Assembly (NCBI GenBank): GCA_965116305.1
Contig: OZ220673.1
Coordinates: 547,362-611,361, forward strand
Direction of reading: 5' to 3'
DNA from: Dehalococcoidia bacterium
GTDB taxonomy: Bacteria > Chloroflexota > Dehalococcoidia > Lucifugimonadales > Australimonadaceae
DNA: 64,000 nt
Shown here: positions 60,142 to 64,000 of the stretch, piece after piece
How positions within the stretch are numbered: the stretch's first letter is position 1
Layout: each line of letters opens with the position of its first letter
The notes under the pieces: model-generated
Databases searched by the model: none
What the model was told of the DNA's origin: nothing
The model's input: the letters and a program-made list of their open reading frames with translations, nothing else
Translations under genes and position numbers: made by a program

Positions 60142-61431
60142 TCAGTCGGCAGGGGCCTCGGTGCGCTGGTCGTGGCGCCAGATGCCCCGCCACGTCAGTC
60201 CGGATGCCGTCGTGACGCTCAGGCAGACGAGGCCGTTGATGATGAACGCCCCGGGCACCCCGGCGAGCGATGACACCCCACCGATGACCGCCGAGCCGGT
60301 GCCGTTCCCCAGCCCGGCGAGGATCGAGGAGAAGCTGCCCACGCGGCCACGGTAGTAGTCGGGCGCCACGAGCTGGATGAGCGCCTGCCTCGCCGTGAAG
60401 CTGACGACGTCCATGAGGCCGAGGAAAGCCAGGACGGCGAGCGCGACGAAGAACCACGACGACAGCGCGAGCGCGGCGAGTCCCAGCATCGAGAGCCCGA
60501 GCGAGTAGCCCACGTTGGCGAGCACGATCATGACGCCCTTGCGTGGCGGGTCGCCCATGCGGAGGAGGATGCCGGTGCCGAGGAAGGAGCCCGCCGCGGG
60601 CGCCGCAACGAGCATCCCCAGGCCGATCGCATCCACACCGTACACGTCTTCCGCCAGCGCCGGCATGATGATGCGGAAGAACCCGAACGACATGACACCG
60701 AAGTCCATGAGGTACGCGCCCCAGAGCACCTCCTTCGTCCTCAGGTAGCGCGCTCCTTCCCATATCGCCGCGAGCGATACGCGTCGGGCCTCCCCGATCT
60801 GCTCCCCGGACGTGCGGATCGCTATCGTCGCAAAGACGGCCAGCAGGAGGAACGCGGCGTTGACCGCGAACGCCCAGCCCACGCCCACCAGCGCGATGAG
60901 CACTCCGCCGACGAGCGGCCCGCCGAACAGCGTGCCCTGGCTCAGCGCGCCGAACCAGGTGATGCCGTTCATGACGTGGCTCCTCGGCACGAGACGGGGC
61001 AGGAACGCCCGCTCCGCCGGACGCCCCAGGATGCTCATCCCGGACCAGAAACTGGCGAGCAGCCACAGGTGCCATACCTGCACGGCCCCTGTGAATATCA
61101 GCACGGGCAGCAGGGCCAATCCGGCGAAGTTGGCTGCCTGCGTGTAGATGAGGAGTTTCTTCCGGTCCACCGCGTCGGCGAGCGCCCCGCCCAGGAGGCC
61201 GAGCACGATGACCGGGAGCGTCATGAATATGCCGGTGATGCCGAGGTCCAGCGTGGAGCCGGTGAGGTCGAAGACCAGGAAGCCGAGGAGGAGTTCGCGC
61301 ATGTTCCGCGCGAGCCCCTGCAGCAGCCCCTGTGCCCAGAACAGCTGGAAGTCGCGGATCGCGAGCGCGCCCCACCTTCCCAGTGGGGCGTCCCCGGCGC
61401 TCGATTCCTCCCCGTGTCGCTCGGTCGCCAT
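60142..61431 (-). CDS. MFS transporter
   Basis: About 429 aa from the internal Met (MATERHGEE...). About 12 TM, with MFS motif A-like GGALADAVDRKKLLI. Confidence 0.85.
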   Translation of the reverse strand: MATERHGEESSAGDAPLGRWGALAIRDFQLFWAQGLLQGLARNMRELLLGFLVFDLTGSTLDLGITGIFMTLPVIVLGLLGGALADAVDRKKLLIYTQAANFAGLALLPVLIFTGAVQVWHLWLLASFWSGMSILGRPAERAFLPRLVPRSHVMNGITWFGALSQGTLFGGPLVGGVLIALVGVGWAFAVNAAFLLLAVFATIAIRTSGEQIGEARRVSLAAIWEGARYLRTKEVLWGAYLMDFGVMSFGFFRIIMPALAEDVYGVDAIGLGMLVAAPAAGSFLGTGILLRMGDPPRKGVMIVLANVGYSLGLSMLGLAALALSSWFFVALAVLAFLGLMDVVSFTARQALIQLVAPDYYRGRVGSFSSILAGLGNGTGSAVIGGVSSLAGVPGAFIINGLVCLSVTTASGLTWRGIWRHDQRTEAPAD

Positions 61432-61534
61432 CCCGCCCACTCTATCACCGAGCTTCCCACCGCGCCGTTTGCCACGCCGCCGCCCGCGCCGTATCGTTGC
61501 GGCAGCCACCCCACCACCGCACAGGAGGCCCGTC

Positions 61535-63319
61535 ATGGTAGAAGACCGCGCCATCGCAGCAGACCCCAGCTGGGGCGAACACGACGCCGACGAATGGGCG
61601 GACGCAATCACGACCGCGATGAAGCTCGGCGGGGTGGAGCACTTCTTCTTCGTCTCAGGCTCCGAGATCGGCTTCTACCAGGAGGCCGTCGCGCGCGCCG
61701 CCGCGAAGGGCTGGCCCGCGCCGCGCCTCATCACCGTGACGCACGAGGGCTCGGCGCTGAACGCCGCGCTCGGCAGCGCGATGGTGCGCGAGCAGCCGGC
61801 AGCTACAGCAGCGCACGTGGACGTGGGCACGTTCAACTACGGCGCCGGGCTCCACACCGCGTGGCGGGGGAGTTACCCGGTCCTCATCACGGCAGGCGCC
61901 GGACCGCGCGCCTACCCGGGCTCGATGCGCGGCGCGCGCGGCAACAGCGTGCAGTGGGTGCAGGAGCCGCGCGACCAGGGCGAGATCGTGCGGCAGTACA
62001 CGAAGATCGACCACCGGCTCGACCACACGGACAACCCCGGCCTCATCGTCAGCCGCCTGCTGCAGGTCGCGATGAGCGAGCCGCGCGGGCCGGTCTACAT
62101 GACGGTGCCGCAGGAGGCGGCGATGCTGCCGCTGCCGGGCAAGACGCGCTTCCCGACCCGCGACGAGCTGGGCATCGCGCGCCCCGCCTGGCCGGACCCG
62201 TCGGACGCGAAGCGGGTCGCGGAGTGGCTGGTGAAGGCGGAGAACCCGGTCGTCATCCTCGGGCAGTCGGGACGCAACAGCGGGTCGGTCGAGCCGCTCG
62301 TCCGTCTGGCGGAGCTGCTCGCGCTGCCGATGATGGACTCGGACCGCACGATGACGATGAACTTCCCGACGACGCACCCGCTCTACGGCACGGGGCCGTC
62401 AGCCGCGCAGGCGGACGTGGTGGTCGTCATCGAGACGCCGGTGCCATACACGCCGTCGAACGCGCCGCGCCCCGGCACGAAGATCGCGTGGGTGGACCCG
62501 GACCCGGTGCAGTCGCGCTACAAGACGATGGAGTTCCACGCCGACGTGTGGCTGCCGGTGCTCGCGGGGCCGTTCGCCGACGCGGTCTACGAGCAGGCCG
62601 CGGGGATGCTGTCGAAGGCAGACATGGGCCGCATCGAGGAGCGGCGCGAGCGGTTGGCGCAGCGGAAGCAGGAGATACGGAACCAGGACGAGGACGCCGC
62701 GATGCGGGTAGCGACGCGCGACCCCATCAGCCCGCGCTGGGTCGGCTACCAGATCGGGCAGATGCTGGAGGAGCAGGCCATCGTGTTGGACGACACGCTC
62801 AGCTCGACCGCCGCGTTCCGTCCGTACCACGGCCGCAGCCTGCCGGGCTCGTACTTCAAGAGCGGCGGCAGCGCGGGCGGCTGGGGCACCGGCGCCGCGT
62901 TCGGGGCGAAGACCGCCGCGCCCGACCGCGACGTGGTGCTCGTGACCGGCGACGGCTACTTCATGTTCGGCAGCCCGCTCGCGGCGTTGTGGTCGTCGGG
63001 GCACTACAAGACGCCGTTCCTGACGGTGGTGTTCGTCAACAAGTCGTACAGCACGGGCACGGCAGGCGTGGACGGCGCGTACCCCGGCGGCTACGCGGCG
63101 TCGGCGGGCTACGAGGGCGGGTTGTTCGACCCGCCGCCGGACTTCGCGAAGCTGGCGGAGGTGGCGAACGGCTACGGGGAGTCGGTGACCGACCCTGCGG
63201 AGGTCGGCCCCGCGCTGAGGCGCGGACTCACCGAGGCGCGGAACGGGTCACCCGCCGTCATCGCGGTGCAGTTGCCGACGCTGCCGGACGAGCTGCACAA
63301 GCTGGGCGGGACGCGGTAG
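61535..63319 (+). CDS. thiamine-pyrophosphate-dependent enzyme (acetolactate synthase large-subunit-like family)
   Basis: ATG 61535 is preceded by AGGAGG. The N-terminal TPP-pyrimidine domain has FFFVSGSEI...HEGSALNAALG. The TPP motif is TGDGYFMFGSP...VVFVNKSY. The first 129 aa of track ORF 61148-63319 are discarded. Confidence 0.85.
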   Translation: MVEDRAIAADPSWGEHDADEWADAITTAMKLGGVEHFFFVSGSEIGFYQEAVARAAAKGWPAPRLITVTHEGSALNAALGSAMVREQPAATAAHVDVGTFNYGAGLHTAWRGSYPVLITAGAGPRAYPGSMRGARGNSVQWVQEPRDQGEIVRQYTKIDHRLDHTDNPGLIVSRLLQVAMSEPRGPVYMTVPQEAAMLPLPGKTRFPTRDELGIARPAWPDPSDAKRVAEWLVKAENPVVILGQSGRNSGSVEPLVRLAELLALPMMDSDRTMTMNFPTTHPLYGTGPSAAQADVVVVIETPVPYTPSNAPRPGTKIAWVDPDPVQSRYKTMEFHADVWLPVLAGPFADAVYEQAAGMLSKADMGRIEERRERLAQRKQEIRNQDEDAAMRVATRDPISPRWVGYQIGQMLEEQAIVLDDTLSSTAAFRPYHGRSLPGSYFKSGGSAGGWGTGAAFGAKTAAPDRDVVLVTGDGYFMFGSPLAALWSSGHYKTPFLTVVFVNKSYSTGTAGVDGAYPGGYAASAGYEGGLFDPPPDFAKLAEVANGYGESVTDPAEVGPALRRGLTEARNGSPAVIAVQLPTLPDELHKLGGTR

Positions 63320-63322
63320 GGG

Positions 63323-64000
63323 CTAGAGGCTGAACCCCATGAGAGGCAGCACCTCGGTGGCGAGGCGGCGGGCCTGACGCTCGTGGTCGTAGAGGGGGTT
63401 GAGGGCAATGAGGCCGAGGCCGGTGTCGGCGATCCGCATGAGGCCCTCAGCGCACTGCTCAGGCGTCCCGTAGACGCCGACGCGCTCGGCGCGCTGTCCG
63501 CTGCCGGAGTGCATCGTGAACCAGGGCTGCATCCGACGCAGGGCTGTGTCGGGGTCGTCCTCCACGCCGACAAAGACGCGCTTCGACGTCGTGAACGTCG
63601 CGGGGTCGCGTCCGTGGGCGTCGAGGCAGGCCCGCATCGCCTCCTGCTCCTCCGTGAACCGGGCCGTGGACGTGGCGCCTGCGCCCATCCAGCCGTGGCC
63701 CAGCCGGGCGGCGCGGTCGAGTGCGGCGGGAGCGTGTCCGCCGAACCAGAGCGGGATGGAGGGCTGCACGGGCGTCGGGCTGATGAAGCAGTCGTCGAGC
63801 TGCCAGAAGCGGCCGTCGAAGGTGACGCGCTCGCCGGTCCAGAGTCGCTTCATCAGCACGAGCCCCTCCTCGAAGCGGGACGCCTTTCCCGCCGCCGGAG
63901 CGCCGAACGCTTCGGAGAAGGGCGCGCCGGTCGCGTTCCCCATGCCGACCCCGGCGATGAGACGTCCGTTCGAGAGGCGGTCGAGGGTCGCGAGGCTCTT
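63323..64000 (-). CDS. LLM-class (probably F420- or flavin-dependent) oxidoreductase; 5' end beyond the window
   Basis: ...LATLDRLSNGRLIAGVGMGN...RFEEGLVLMKRLWTGERVTFDGRFWQL....P.P.Q.SIPLWFGG...A..RAARLGHGWM. The reading frame stays open to position 64000. Confidence 0.85.
   Translation of the reverse strand, partial: KSLATLDRLSNGRLIAGVGMGNATGAPFSEAFGAPAAGKASRFEEGLVLMKRLWTGERVTFDGRFWQLDDCFISPTPVQPSIPLWFGGHAPAALDRAARLGHGWMGAGATSTARFTEEQEAMRACLDAHGRDPATFTTSKRVFVGVEDDPDTALRRMQPWFTMHSGSGQRAERVGVYGTPEQCAEGLMRIADTGLGLIALNPLYDHERQARRLATEVLPLMGFSL

Noticed and set aside
59198-63333. 725-aa (minus) and 785-aa (plus) ORFs overlapping gpmA, the MFS transporter and the TPP enzyme
   Set aside because: They are shadow frames of well-supported genes, with Arg/Gly/Pro-rich translations.

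Overview
High-GC, gene-dense bacterial chromosome segment. PT-rich lipoprotein linkers, mosaic REP-like repeats, and many amidohydrolase-2, LLM and Rieske genes suggest a monoderm Chloroflexota-like organism; this is low-confidence inference. Most of the window is core or metabolic: aroA, gmk, polA, ychF, hemW, gpmA, orn, a pseudouridine synthase and an M50 protease. It also holds an ABC-2 exporter, a tripartite tricarboxylate transporter (fused TctA plus three tandem TctC-like lipoproteins) upstream of lutABC, and an 11-gene Mbh/Mrp-type antiporter cluster. A catabolic cluster follows (Gfo/Idh/MocA, Rieske oxygenase, amidohydrolases, SDRs), then a TPP enzyme and an MFS transporter. Accessory content includes HicAB and VapBC-type toxin-antitoxin pairs and clusters of short palindromic REP-like repeats, two of which are embedded in coding sequence. 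There are two lower-GC islands. Island 1 (about 9.7-12.7 kb) carries an AlbA_2/Schlafen-like protein and a Zn-finger AAA_25 replication ATPase. Island 2 (about 51.4-57.0 kb) is the most interesting locus. It is a co-directional four-gene cassette: a PvuII-family N4-cytosine methyltransferase, a 751-aa GHKL ATPase with two Big_2 Ig-like domains, a small winged-helix-like protein, and a sigma-70 region-4 plus tandem HARE-HTH protein. I recognise no nuclease in it and no match to any named defence system I know. No rRNA, tRNA, CRISPR array, transposase or integrase was recognised. Many long ORFs in the track are antisense or out-of-frame shadows typical of high-GC DNA and were rejected.
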